A DNA stretch of 32,000 bases. Origin: Robertmurraya kyonggiensis. GTDB taxonomy: Bacteria; Bacillota; Bacilli; Bacillales; Cytobacillaceae. The stretch is taken from the NCBI RefSeq assembly GCF_005116465.1, contig NZ_SWBM01000006.1, positions 112,993 to 144,992 of the forward strand, in the 5' to 3' direction. Positions 8,315 to 14,842 of this stretch are shown here, in pieces (within the stretch, counting starts at the first letter, position 1; every line of letters starts with the position of its first letter). The position numbers were made by a program, and so were the translations under genes. Below the pieces are notes generated by a model, which was not told the origin of the DNA, searched no databases, and saw only the letters and a program-made list of their open reading frames with translations.

Positions 8315-8914
8315 ATGTTTAAAAAGTTTCTAGTTATTTCTGTACCATTTATCTTGATTTTGTGTGGCTGCTCTAAAGGGGAAATCTCTAATACGTTAGA
8401 AGCAGTCGAAACAGGGGTAGAACTTACAGAAAGTTTGTTATCAACTACCGATGAAAGTAACACTTCAGAAGATGCAGAAGAAGTGGTTGTGAAATATGTC
8501 ACTGACGGAGATACAATTTCATTTTTTAGAGGTGGTTCCTTGGAAGTGAAGGGAAGGTTGATTGGGATAAACGCTCCTGAAAATACTTCCAAGAAAGAAC
8601 TACTAGGGGATGTTAGTACCAAATATTTAAAAGACCTAATCGAAGGTAAAAAAATAACCATTGAAAGAGATAAGGACTCAACCGATAAATACGGGCGTGA
8701 ATTGATCCATGTCTTCTATGATGGCCAAAATATTAATCAGCTCTTAGTTGAACAAGGATTAGCAAGAGTTGCTTATGTTTATGACGATTATAAATATATC
8801 GATTTATATAAAGAATCAGAGGAAATTGCGAAAAATGAGAGGAGGGGAATATGGTCAATACCCAATTATGTAGATGAAGAATCGAACGGGTACGATATGA
8901 GCGTAATTCAATAA
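8315..8914 (+). CDS. Thermonuclease (staphylococcal nuclease/SNase) family lipoprotein.
   Basis: The signal peptide has a lipobox (ILILCGC). SNase motifs are VTDGDTISF, GRLIGINAPE, DKYGRELIHV and LVEQGLARV. The gene starts 12 nt after the HD-GYP stop. Confidence 0.8.
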   Translation: MFKKFLVISVPFILILCGCSKGEISNTLEAVETGVELTESLLSTTDESNTSEDAEEVVVKYVTDGDTISFFRGGSLEVKGRLIGINAPENTSKKELLGDVSTKYLKDLIEGKKITIERDKDSTDKYGRELIHVFYDGQNINQLLVEQGLARVAYVYDDYKYIDLYKESEEIAKNERRGIWSIPNYVDEESNGYDMSVIQ

Positions 8915-8985
8915 AATAAACCTCCCTAACGGCGTTTTTTTCCTTCTTTTTCAACCTTTCTGAGTTACTACCTACTATGAATACA

Positions 8986-8994
8986 TGGTATAAT
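8986..8994 (+). promoter_or_regulatory. Extended -10 element (TGGTATAAT) upstream of the 9032 gene.
   Basis: It is an exact TGnTATAAT match about 40 nt upstream of the start codon. Confidence 0.45.
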
Positions 8995-9031
8995 GGTAAT
9001 ATATTGAATCTTCAAAAAGGAGGCTTTTTTT

Positions 9032-9424
9032 ATGTCTGAAGAACCTAGAGAGACAAAGCATAAAAATCCCAAAAAATTCGCATTAAATATGACCGCATCA
9101 CAGTTCACCAAGTTTTATATTTTACATCTACTCCACAAACGGCCAACTATGATTGCCGAAGAATTCAAGCAGGAATTTAAGACGATTAGCCGTAACTGGC
9201 AACCCGCTCCTTCCACCCTATTAAATGCGCTGCATGAAATGTCGGACGAACTAGGGCTATTAACAAAACGAAAAGAAATTCGCGGTACACGCCAGGTTGT
9301 TTACAATTACAGTATCTCTCTAAAAGGGGAAGAAGAGTTTGAGATTCTAAAGAAAAAATACAAAATTCTTTTTGATGAACAGAAAGCGACCATCGATAGA
9401 ATATTAAGGGAAGTATATAAATAG
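9032..9424 (+). CDS. Winged-helix DNA-binding protein, PadR/replication-terminator-protein (RTP)-like.
   Basis: Its length and pattern (FTKFYILHLL...EFK...LLNALHEMSDELGLL...RQVVYNYS...C-terminal coiled coil) parallel B. subtilis RTP as I recall it (FLKLYMITM...EFKEIG...YRSLHELLDDGIL...QEVVLYQF). Confidence 0.5.
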   Translation: MSEEPRETKHKNPKKFALNMTASQFTKFYILHLLHKRPTMIAEEFKQEFKTISRNWQPAPSTLLNALHEMSDELGLLTKRKEIRGTRQVVYNYSISLKGEEEFEILKKKYKILFDEQKATIDRILREVYK

Positions 9425-9436
9425 GGGGAACGTCTT

Positions 9437-9610
9437 GTGAGTTTTTTTATTTCGATTATAGATTGGATTCAGTCTTTAAGTACTCCGTTTTTACTCCTCA
9501 TTCTAATAGGGGCTGTATGGGTCCTGATAAAAGTGAAGAAAATGGTTGCAAAATTGATTTCTTTGGTTTTTGCACTACTGGGTATCTTGAAAATTTACTT
9601 AATGTTTTGA
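9437..9610 (+). CDS. Small membrane protein (57 aa, GTG start) missing from the ORF track.
   Basis: A GGGGGAA SD lies 6 nt upstream. The translation VSFFISIIDWIQSLSTPFLLLILIGAVWVLIKVKKMVAKLISLVFALLGILKIYLMF has two hydrophobic helices. Confidence 0.45.
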   Translation: MSFFISIIDWIQSLSTPFLLLILIGAVWVLIKVKKMVAKLISLVFALLGILKIYLMF

Positions 9611-9675
9611 GTAAGTGCATTATATATAAACAAAATTGCTACTTACAAATCATACATACCTGGAGGGAATTTTTT

Positions 9676-10005
9676 TTGAAAATACTAAAGCGTCCATTAT
9701 ATAATTTGAAAACTCTAGATATTGGATTCATCTTCTTTTTGCTTATATTTTTTGGAATAACGATTTTTGCAGTCTTTAACAAACAGCAATTAACTATGTT
9801 AGGAGAGGCTGTAACGTTCCTATTTTCGTTCGAATTTTATAAAGTTGTTCCTATTGAAAGCGGACAATCTTTTACGCCTAAATTATTCGAAATTAGTAAT
9901 CAATTGGCACCATACTTAAACGGAGCTAAGATCTTGTGGTGGATCTTCCTCTTAGTTCTAACTTTACGTTTTTTATTCAAAAAACCTATTAATTTAAAAA
10001 AGTAA
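9676..10005 (+). CDS. Membrane protein (109 aa, TTG start), the credible part of track ORF 9463..10005.
   Basis: A GGAGGGA SD (9662-9668) precedes the TTG at 9676. Hydrophobic segments are IGFIFFLLIFFGITIFAVF and ILWWIFLLVLTLRFLF. Confidence 0.5.
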   Translation: MKILKRPLYNLKTLDIGFIFFLLIFFGITIFAVFNKQQLTMLGEAVTFLFSFEFYKVVPIESGQSFTPKLFEISNQLAPYLNGAKILWWIFLLVLTLRFLFKKPINLKK

Positions 10006-10038
10006 TATTATATTAGTTGTAAGAAAGGTTGAATTGTT

Positions 10039-10349
10039 ATGATTACTGAAGCGAAAAAGCGAATAGAATCATTGGAATATGAACAAAACATTAAACTTAT
10101 TGACGGTTAGATTACTAGTATATACTTCAGTAAAGTAAGATTCATGAAAGAAACGGACAAACTATAGGTGAATTAATTGGACATATTGACATTATTTATC
10201 CTTTTGCCGGATTGGATTTACCATTATCTCTCGCAATTTATAATGAAGTCGTTGATGAAGAATTTAATTTAGTTGATGGAATTTTTAAAATACCTTTTGT
10301 AGAGTATAAAGTATCGCTGCAGGAAGTATTTAGTTATAGAGATATGTAA
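10039..10349 (+). pseudogene. Decayed small gene of unknown function, with one in-frame TAG and one frameshift.
   Basis: An ATG with an SD gives MITEAKKRIESLEYEQNIKLIDG*. The reading continues and shifts frame near 10150 into GQTIGELIGHIDIIYPFAGLDLPLSLAIYNEVVDEEF...SYRDM*. Confidence 0.4.
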
Positions 10350-10358
10350 GAAACAGAT

Positions 10359-10499
10359 ATGGATATAGGATACAGCAAATGTTATTGTGGTGGTGATATG
10401 ATGCCGATGTATGAAGAATTTCCAAATTGGATCACCTTCTGTAATCGTTGTGATTACCGAAAAGAAGACTTTGATTCATCTCCTATCGTTGAGCCTTAA
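10359..10499 (+). CDS. Possible 46-aa zinc-ribbon microprotein.
   Basis: The translation MDIGYSKCYCGGDMMPMYEEFPNWITFCNRCDYRKEDFDSSPIVEP has CxC...CxxC spacing. The SD is weak. Confidence 0.3.
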   Translation: MDIGYSKCYCGGDMMPMYEEFPNWITFCNRCDYRKEDFDSSPIVEP

Positions 10500-10573
10500 A
10501 TCGATAAAACAAAAAAGCCTTCTACCAAAAAATACGAATACACGAATGGAGAGTATTTATACTAGAAGAGAGG

Positions 10574-11266
10574 ATGAAGAAGTTGTACCGTACACCAACG
10601 TTTGAACAATTATTTAAGTTAGATAGCTACTTTAATTACATGAATGACGTAATGAAAAATCACCCAAAAATCCAGATCTTATTAAAACAATATGAAGAAA
10701 AATTTCATTTTCTTGCTGATGATTTTTTGAAGAATCTTTCGATAGAAAAGGAATTTGAAGATTTGAAGAATAATAAACAACGTTATCAACGTATTATTCA
10801 CTTGCCCAATAATAGTTTTATGAATCTTACTTGGTACATACCTGAAGCTATAAGAATTGTGGAGAAGAACAAAATCAAGACTGAAATGAGAGAGATATCA
10901 CAGTTAAATATCGATTATGATGAACTACATTTTGATTATTTGCCAGTTGCTATTACAAATAAAAAGCCGATTATACTTATTACTTATGAAGCGTTCAGAT
11001 ACTTTAGTCCGGAGTTTTTTCATTTTATTATCGATGGAAGTCATAGAGCGGCAGCTAAAGATTTTCAAGCTAGAAAAAAAGGAATAAATAACCCGCTTAT
11101 TAAATCTGTAATACTGGATTCTAACCAAACGATGGAAGCGATGTTTCATAATGTCCATCGTTTGCTTTATAAAATGCATAGTAATCTGAATCATTTAAAG
11201 TTTCTCTATGAGAAGGGGCTTTCTATTGAAAGTGACGAAGTCTTAGCTGATTTATATTCAATATAA
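10574..11266 (+). CDS. Hypothetical protein with a ParB/Srx-like DGxHR motif.
   Basis: The 230-aa ORF contains FIIDGSHRAAAKDF, which resembles the ParB N-terminal-domain motif. The rest of the protein is unrecognised. Confidence 0.55.
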   Translation: MKKLYRTPTFEQLFKLDSYFNYMNDVMKNHPKIQILLKQYEEKFHFLADDFLKNLSIEKEFEDLKNNKQRYQRIIHLPNNSFMNLTWYIPEAIRIVEKNKIKTEMREISQLNIDYDELHFDYLPVAITNKKPIILITYEAFRYFSPEFFHFIIDGSHRAAAKDFQARKKGINNPLIKSVILDSNQTMEAMFHNVHRLLYKMHSNLNHLKFLYEKGLSIESDEVLADLYSI

Positions 11267-11291
11267 AAAAAGAACCGAAGGGTTCTTTTTT
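11265..11291. terminator. Bidirectional rho-independent terminator between convergent genes.
   Basis: AAAAAAAGAACC GAAG GGTTCTTTTTT forms a stem flanked by an A-run and a T-run. Confidence 0.8.
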
Positions 11292-11344
11292 ATTGTTTAG
11301 ATTCATGGAAATTCTCCCAGTACTCGATAAAAGTCCTGGATAAA

Positions 11345-11683
11345 TTAAAGGGTATGCATATCCACAATATCAGCTAATTCAAGTTTATTTGGTACATGGA
11401 AGTTATCGATAATGTGAAGTAAACCCTTATTAGAATCATAGTAGTGGATATTGCCGATTAATGACCTATACTCACCTTCAACATAGTACGTAAATGATAA
11501 AGACTGATTGTATTCCATTGCTTCAGCTATCAAATAATTCATCTCTTCTAAACGATCCTCAATCAATTCTGGTTTTCTAATGCGTTCTAGTTCACTAATA
11601 TGTTTTCTCAACATGCTCGTACGTTCGTGCGTTGCAAACGCTGGTTGCCATTTATCTTTTCGGCTTTTTATCATTCTTACCAC
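11345..11683 (-). CDS. yolD: YolD-like protein. This family is usually partnered with a Y-family DNA polymerase.
   Basis: The pattern KDKWQPAF...HERTSMLRK...KPELIEDRLEEMNYLIAEAMEYNQSLSFTYY...IHYYDSNKGLLHI matches the YolD family layout. Confidence 0.65.
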   Translation of the reverse strand: MVRMIKSRKDKWQPAFATHERTSMLRKHISELERIRKPELIEDRLEEMNYLIAEAMEYNQSLSFTYYVEGEYRSLIGNIHYYDSNKGLLHIIDNFHVPNKLELADIVDMHTL

Positions 11684-11712
11684 CCGCTAGTGAATAAAGT
11701 TATTTAACCTCT

Positions 11713-11742
11713 ATTCTATACGAATGTACGTTCGTTTTTCAA
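11713..11742 (-). promoter_or_regulatory. Sigma-A-type promoter (TTGAAA-18-TAGAAT) for the yolD-like gene, with an embedded LexA (Cheo) box CGAATGTACGTTCG at 11721-11734.
   Basis: The box matches the Bacillus consensus CGAAC-N4-GTTCG at all but one position. It sits in the promoter spacer 38-51 nt upstream of the start codon. Confidence 0.65.
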
Positions 11743-11776
11743 GGTTGGTGTAGAGATAAATTTTATTTAACGATAA

Positions 11777-11887
11777 TTACTTGATTTTTACTTTTACTAA
11801 TTTCGCTCCGGTTTTTTTTTTCGCATCTGTAGCGGCCTTTAAAAATGAAGCGGCTGTTTTCTTCGTTACGTTACTTTTCTTTTTCAT
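11777..11887 (-). CDS. Possible 36-aa lysine-rich microprotein.
   Basis: A GAGGTG SD lies 7 nt upstream of the ATG. The translation is MKKKSNVTKKTAASFLKAATDAKKKTGAKLVKVKIK. The opposite-strand track ORF 11781..12023 looks spurious. Confidence 0.35.
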   Translation of the reverse strand: MKKKSNVTKKTAASFLKAATDAKKKTGAKLVKVKIK

Positions 11888-12067
11888 TTTATTCACCTCG
11901 TATCCTAATTTTGCTAGGTTGCTAATATTATGGACAAGTTTTATAAGAAATATACAATGGCTTGTTCTAAAGGTCCTCTCTCCCCCATATGAATCTATTA
12001 AAAGTGGAAAAGTGGAAAAGTGACTCTGACATTAGGCAAAAAATTGAGCGGGGGAGTGGAAGGGGAT

Positions 12068-12565
12068 ATGGTCGATAACTTGAATCCAATCTTCAATGAA
12101 ACGAAAGAACAAAAGACCGGACACAAATTAACAAAACTTCAACCAGTCACAGCACCAATAAAAAGGAAAAGATCACCACGAAAGGACAAGGGACATGATT
12201 GTAAATTTCCTGTTCCCTTGGAACTACAAATGAAATATAAAACCTCATTAAAACGGTTTAAGTATCATTTTCCTGAAATAGAGATTCAACAAACCAAATA
12301 TAATACTCTGTTGCTGCTATACGCTTTGAATAATCTTCACATCATAGATTGGAACCTAGAATATCCAGGTACATCTACATTTCACATGACGACAAAACTA
12401 CCTGAATACAAATTTGAGGATATTAGCGGGGAATATGGTCTTGCTATGAGCAAGGGACTATCGTATAGAGAGACTGTTTTTATGTTGACCACATCAGCCC
12501 TTCACTACATAGAGAAAGGAGGATATTATGCAGAAATACAGCAAATTGGAACTCTTGAAAAATAA
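12068..12565 (+). CDS. Hypothetical protein (start moved to the ATG at 12068).
   Basis: A GGGGGAGTGGAAGGGG purine-rich SD region precedes the ATG. The ORF has 165 codons and no recognisable motifs. Confidence 0.55.
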   Translation: MVDNLNPIFNETKEQKTGHKLTKLQPVTAPIKRKRSPRKDKGHDCKFPVPLELQMKYKTSLKRFKYHFPEIEIQQTKYNTLLLLYALNNLHIIDWNLEYPGTSTFHMTTKLPEYKFEDISGEYGLAMSKGLSYRETVFMLTTSALHYIEKGGYYAEIQQIGTLEK

Positions 12566-13190
12566 AATACAAGAAGAAAGTAAAGGGTTTTGGGCAGCGT
12601 TAATGGAACCTCATTACAGATATGTTGAAATCGAATTGCCTTATTATGATTATCTGAGGGGAAATGTACTAATTGAAGACATATTTGAAATCACCGAGGA
12701 CTGCCCAACTAGTTTAAACCTGGTGTCACTAATTAGTTTGTTGTATATTCAATTTCTCTCACAAATCAAGAAAGGTGTCACCACAGTCAATAATCGGAAA
12801 CAGGGCTTAGATTTACTAACCATAAGTCATAAACTTATTAACTTGAAAGAAAGTATATATGGCCCAAAGTTCGTTGAAAAAATTAAGATTGAACAATTTA
12901 ACCAACTCACACCAAATAGTTGGGGTTTAGAAGAGTATGAAGAAGAAGTCGAAAGGAAAATATCAAAAGCAGAGAAAAACGCTTATTTGACCATAAGAAT
13001 GAAGTCTAACCAAATATATCGTGGTGAAATATTAATTCATGATCTTTGTAATGTAAACGAAGAATTTGACCTCACCTTAGAGGAGATTATCTCGTTATTA
13101 TATATAGACTTTATCCGTAAGATTAAAGCTGAGGGGAACGACGAAAGAATAATGAAATCGATTGTGTCAGCTTATGAGTATTACAACTAA
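12528..13190 (+). CDS. Hypothetical acidic protein with an internal domain duplication.
   Basis: An AAAGGAGGA SD is present. The two halves share LRGNVLIEDIFEITEDCPTSLNLVSLISLLYIQFLSQIKKG and YRGEILIHDLCNVNEEFDLTLEEIISLLYIDFIRKIKAEG. Confidence 0.6.
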   Translation: MQKYSKLELLKNKIQEESKGFWAALMEPHYRYVEIELPYYDYLRGNVLIEDIFEITEDCPTSLNLVSLISLLYIQFLSQIKKGVTTVNNRKQGLDLLTISHKLINLKESIYGPKFVEKIKIEQFNQLTPNSWGLEEYEEEVERKISKAEKNAYLTIRMKSNQIYRGEILIHDLCNVNEEFDLTLEEIISLLYIDFIRKIKAEGNDERIMKSIVSAYEYYN

Positions 13191-13218
13191 CTAGATATAC
13201 TTATATATGGTTGGAGTA

Positions 13219-13247
13219 TTGAAGGATTAATGGAAATTTGATAGAAT
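13219..13247 (+). promoter_or_regulatory. Near-consensus sigma-A promoter TTGAAG-17-TAGAAT with an extended -10 TG.
   Basis: TTGAAG is at 13219-13224, the spacer is 17 nt, TG is at 13239-13240 and TAGAAT at 13242-13247. Confidence 0.65.
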
Positions 13248-13254
13248 AGTTGCA

Positions 13255-13359
13255 TAAAGTTTTTTATTTGCTCTTATGAGCCTGGTCTTTAGAAGTATTA
13301 AGCCCTATCGGGTAGCATGGATTTTCGGAAGAAATCTGTCTACTTGATAGGGCATTTTT
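13255..13359 (+). ncRNA. Conserved structured 5' leader (copy A) upstream of the Rad52-like gene, ending in a terminator-like hairpin.
   Basis: The 25-nt block TTTTTTATTTGCTCTTATGAGCCTG (13260-13284) and AAGCCCTA-CGGGTA recur at 17007-17058. GCCCTATC (13302-13309) pairs with GATAGGGC (13346-13353), and ATTTTT follows. Confidence 0.5.
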
Positions 13360-13389
13360 GCATTCTAAAGGAAAAATTTTATTAAGTAT

Positions 13390-13405
13390 ACACACTTGGG
13401 AGGAA
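13390..13405 (+). promoter_or_regulatory. Conserved translation-initiation motif ACACACTTGGGAGGAA (copy 1 of 4).
   Basis: It is identical to the 16-mer upstream of ssb. Near-identical copies precede the ArdC-like gene and the 45-aa ORF. Confidence 0.6.
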
Positions 13406-13410
13406 TTTTT

Positions 13411-14265
13411 ATGTCAAACAATTCTCAACAAATCTTTGAACAGCTGGGTAAACCATTCACAGATGATGAATTAGAATGGCGTGCTCAACAAATATTTCAA
13501 GGTAATAGCAGTCAAAGTCCCAAAGCTCTAGTCGTACCATACGTGCAATCAAGAGCCATTATGAATAGGTTGGATGACGTTATTGGTTGGGATAAATGGG
13601 AGAATCTTGTACAGGAACTTCCAGGAGGAGGAATTGTTCAAGGTATTAGGATTTGGTTATCTGATACACATTCAATTACTAAATGGGATGGTGCGGATCG
13701 TACTAATATCGAATCTACTAAAGGGGGTATCAGTTCAGCTTTCAAGAGAGCTGCGGTACTTTTAAATATTGGTAGATACCTTTATTCTGAAACTGCTAGA
13801 TGGGTAGAAATAACCCCGAATAAAGTGAATCAGAATGATCAGTATATTAAGGACAAAAAACAGAATGTAACTGGTTACTTTACTCCACCGAAATTAAGTG
13901 GTAGCAACAGTAACGAAGCTTCTTCTTACACACAAGGAAGTCCACAATCACAACAAATACAAACGAGTCATACTAACCAATCAAATAAACAAACCCAATA
14001 TCATCCTACGACACGAAACAGAGTTCCAGAAGGAATGATTGAGTGTACGTATAGAGGTGTTATCGAACGTGAAGGAAATACGGGTAAGTATTTAGAGATT
14101 TGGATTCAAAGTAATGACGATGTAGCTCAAATATTTGCGATAGGTGAAGTGATGAATCGTATTCTATCTCTTGACCTTCAAGATGGTGACAGTATCGCTA
14201 TTGCAAGTCATACAGAAAATGGATCTTTCTTCATTAACGATATTGTTCAGATTGCAGCTGCCTAA
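13411..14265 (+). CDS. Rad52/Rad22-type single-strand annealing protein with a Q/S/N-rich linker and an extra C-terminal domain.
   Basis: ELEWRAQQ, VVPYVQSRAIMNRLDDVIGWDKWE and GGISSAFKRAAVLLNIGRYLY are typical of bacterial and phage Rad52-like SSAPs. The start was moved to the ATG after the SD. Confidence 0.7.
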   Translation: MSNNSQQIFEQLGKPFTDDELEWRAQQIFQGNSSQSPKALVVPYVQSRAIMNRLDDVIGWDKWENLVQELPGGGIVQGIRIWLSDTHSITKWDGADRTNIESTKGGISSAFKRAAVLLNIGRYLYSETARWVEITPNKVNQNDQYIKDKKQNVTGYFTPPKLSGSNSNEASSYTQGSPQSQQIQTSHTNQSNKQTQYHPTTRNRVPEGMIECTYRGVIEREGNTGKYLEIWIQSNDDVAQIFAIGEVMNRILSLDLQDGDSIAIASHTENGSFFINDIVQIAAA

Positions 14266-14292
14266 AAAGGATTTAGTAAACTATCACATTAC

Positions 14293-14308
14293 ACACACTT
14301 GGGAGGAA
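14293..14308 (+). promoter_or_regulatory. Conserved translation-initiation motif ACACACTTGGGAGGAA (copy 2).
   Basis: It is an exact 16/16 match to copy 1 and ends 7 nt before the ssb ATG. Confidence 0.6.
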
Positions 14309-14315
14309 AATTATT

Positions 14316-14777
14316 ATGTTAAATGAATGTCGTTTTATAGGAAATCTTACAAAAGATGTTGAATTAAGGCATACTACTGAGGGAACTCCGGTTGCTAATT
14401 TAGACCTTGCATTAAATTATTTTGCAGGTAATGAAAAGAAAACGGAGTACATTCAAATTACTGTTTGGAAGAAAAGAGCAGAAGACTGTGCGAAGTTTTT
14501 AACTAAAGGTAGACAAGTCTATGTGGAGGCTAAAGTTGTTGTGCGTAAGCGTAACTACGATGGGAAGAATATTCCGGTGCCAGAATTCCATGCAGATAAC
14601 GTATTATTCTTAGGTCCTGCTAATAGTAACAGCGGAAATGATGCTCCACAAGATCCATTTGGAAACCAAAGTCCACACGAACAAGTATTTGGACAAAGTG
14701 GAGGTGTCGACCCATTCTCCAATCCATTTGGTGGAAGTGCAAATGGTGGAAACAATCAAAATCCGTTTCAGAGATAA
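14316..14777 (+). CDS. ssb: Single-stranded DNA-binding protein with a non-canonical C-terminal tail.
   Basis: The OB-fold N-terminus is MLNECRFIGNLTKDVELRHTTEGTPVANLDLALN...ITVWKKRAEDCAKFLTKGRQVYVEAK. A Gly/Asn/Gln-rich tail with DPF/NPF repeats ends in NPFQR. Confidence 0.85.
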   Translation: MLNECRFIGNLTKDVELRHTTEGTPVANLDLALNYFAGNEKKTEYIQITVWKKRAEDCAKFLTKGRQVYVEAKVVVRKRNYDGKNIPVPEFHADNVLFLGPANSNSGNDAPQDPFGNQSPHEQVFGQSGGVDPFSNPFGGSANGGNNQNPFQR

Positions 14778-14787
14778 GGAAGAATGT

Positions 14788-14824
14788 ATGAGAGTTCGAA
14801 ATTTTCGAACTCTCATTTACTTTG
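14788..14824 (+). terminator. Perfect hairpin after ssb, probably a terminator.
   Basis: ATGAGAGTTCG (14788-14798) pairs with CGAACTCTCAT (14806-14816). The T-rich sequence TTTACTTTG follows. Confidence 0.5.
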
Positions 14825-14842
14825 TAAGGAGGAATATTGGAA

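Noticed and set aside
12001-12023. Short tandem repeat AAAGTGGA x2.9.
   Set aside because: It is too short and isolated to call an iteron or regulatory array, and no further copies occur in the window.
11781-12023. Track ORF of 80 aa on the plus strand.
   Set aside because: It has a low-complexity Phe-rich translation, no SD and a TTG start. It runs antisense through a better-supported small minus-strand ORF and a divergent promoter region.
13255-13359. Frpo-type single-stranded DNA promoter hairpin.
   Set aside because: This is not rejected outright but is not supported. I could not fold the region so that -35 and -10 hexamers are reconstituted within a hairpin stem, and a good conventional double-stranded promoter sits just upstream. 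It is kept only as an alternative in the finding.
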